DNA of 64,000 nt, taken from assembly GCA_039961715.1 (NCBI GenBank), contig JABRVW010000010.1:36679-100678 (forward strand). The letters are read 5' to 3'. Shown piece after piece: positions 62,986 through 64,000 of this stretch; the stretch's first letter is position 1; each line of letters starts with the position of its first letter. This DNA comes from Ignavibacterium sp. GTDB taxonomy: Bacteria > Bacteroidota > Ignavibacteria > UBA10030. Below the pieces are notes generated by a model. The model saw only the letters and a program-made list of their open reading frames with translations. It searched no databases and was not told the origin of the DNA. The position numbers and the translations under genes are program-made.

Positions 62986-63525
62986 TTACTTGGATTTGGC
63001 GCTGGCGGAACCGCGCTTGAGCTCGTCAAGAACCTTGTAGGTCAGATCGAACTTGGTGTCTGCATAGAGCAGAACCACATCGCTCGCCCGATCGAAGACG
63101 AAGCTGAACCCCTCGTCCTTGGCCACCGTCTCGATGGCCTTCAGGATCTTCTCGCGAATGGGCGAGAAACGCCTCTCCCTCAGCTCCTGCATTTCCCCAC
63201 CCTGGCCGAATTTCTTCATCTGGTAGTCCTGAGCCTTTTGGCGCATATCGGCCAGCGCCTTTTGCTGTGTTTCCCGAGCAGACGCCGAAAGGACCGCTTC
63301 TTTCTTCTGGTATTCCTCCACCGCCTTTTGAAACTCGTCGGACAGGCGCTGGAGCTCTTCCTGCCAGCCCTTCACGGTGGTCTCCAGCTCTTTTTGAACT
63401 TGCTGGGCCTCAGGCAGGTCGGTCAGGATCTTTTCCGAATCCACGTAGGCAAGTCGCGGGCTCTGGGCGGACGCGGCCGCAACGCAGAGAAGCAGACCAG
63501 CCAGAACGGCTACATTCTTCATCAC
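62986..63525 (-). CDS. OmpH/Skp family periplasmic chaperone (second paralog)
   Basis: Signal peptide, RLAYVD, GFSFVFD, DLTYKVL. Confidence 0.9.
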   Translation of the reverse strand: MMKNVAVLAGLLLCVAAASAQSPRLAYVDSEKILTDLPEAQQVQKELETTVKGWQEELQRLSDEFQKAVEEYQKKEAVLSASARETQQKALADMRQKAQDYQMKKFGQGGEMQELRERRFSPIREKILKAIETVAKDEGFSFVFDRASDVVLLYADTKFDLTYKVLDELKRGSASAKSK

Positions 63526-63658
63526 GATATTTCCTCGCTATATGGTTGAATAATGAAACAACTTTCTCTCGTCCCGCCGACCACACGAGCGGGAAAGACC
63601 GTTCCCCTTCTGTATTGTACCACTTGGTTTCCTCGCCTGCAACTCCCGAGGGCGGGAA

Positions 63659-64000
63659 TCAGAAGCTTCGTCCGAATTGGAAGTGAAATCGCCAGCCTGA
63701 AGGGCCTTCGCCCGGAGCCAAGCCGTCGAATCCGTAGCCGTAGTCGAAGCCGATCAGTCCTATCGGATTGATCAGCAGGCGCACGCCCAATCCGGCTGAG
63801 CGCTTGAGGTCCATCGGATCCATGACGCGAGGTTCGGCCCAGGTATTCCCGGCCTCGGCAAAGAGGAGGGTGTAGATGGGAATCGGATTCAGCGCAAGCG
63901 CGAACCGGAGCTCGGCGGAATGCTTGATAAGCCCCTTTCCTCCGATAATGCCGCCTCGTGAGCTGATGCTGCCCGGCACGCGCGGCCCCACGCTCCGATC
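63659..64000 (-). CDS. bamA: Outer-membrane assembly factor BamA, C-terminal fragment (runs off the window end)
   Basis: FAEAGNTW, KRSAG.GVR, IGFDYGYGFD, FHFQFG; position upstream of skp-skp-lpxD. Confidence 0.88.
   Translation of the reverse strand, partial: DRSVGPRVPGSISSRGGIIGGKGLIKHSAELRFALALNPIPIYTLLFAEAGNTWAEPRVMDPMDLKRSAGLGVRLLINPIGLIGFDYGYGFDGLAPGEGPSGWRFHFQFGRSF

Noticed and set aside
63559-63658. Two GC-rich hairpins between bamA and skp as an ncRNA
   Set aside because: Short imperfect stems with no recognisable RNA family; more likely mRNA processing or stability elements.

Overview
A 64-kb, GC-rich (roughly 60% by eye), gene-dense stretch of core chromosome from an FCB-group bacterium. 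An Ignavibacteria/Chlorobi-like lineage is inferred from the lpxC-fabZ fusion, tandem skp genes after bamA, DUF3109/DUF3467 genes, a group-II GGGP synthase, and use of SD sequences and sigma70-like promoters. About 50 CDS are present, mostly housekeeping: rpoN, hslVU, icd, clpS, alaS, gmhA, carB, moaCB, acnA, msrPQ, mutS, surE, panB, lpxADC/fabZ, bamA. I saw no tRNA/rRNA, CRISPR array, transposase or prophage. The most unusual elements are: (1) a membrane class III adenylyl cyclase with three tandem ~130-aa periplasmic heme-c (CxxCH) sensor repeats, heading an apparent operon cyclase > PP2C phosphatase > orphan HerA ATPase > msrP > msrQ; (2) carB split into two intact genes with a Spy/CpxP-family gene between them, overlapping both halves; (3) a TPR / short TonB-box beta-barrel / SPOR / ExbB / ExbD / TonB envelope operon; (4) a divergent non-canonical ATP-grasp ligase and stand-alone C39-like cysteine peptidase separated by a palindrome. 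All family calls come from reading motifs by eye; no database searches were run.
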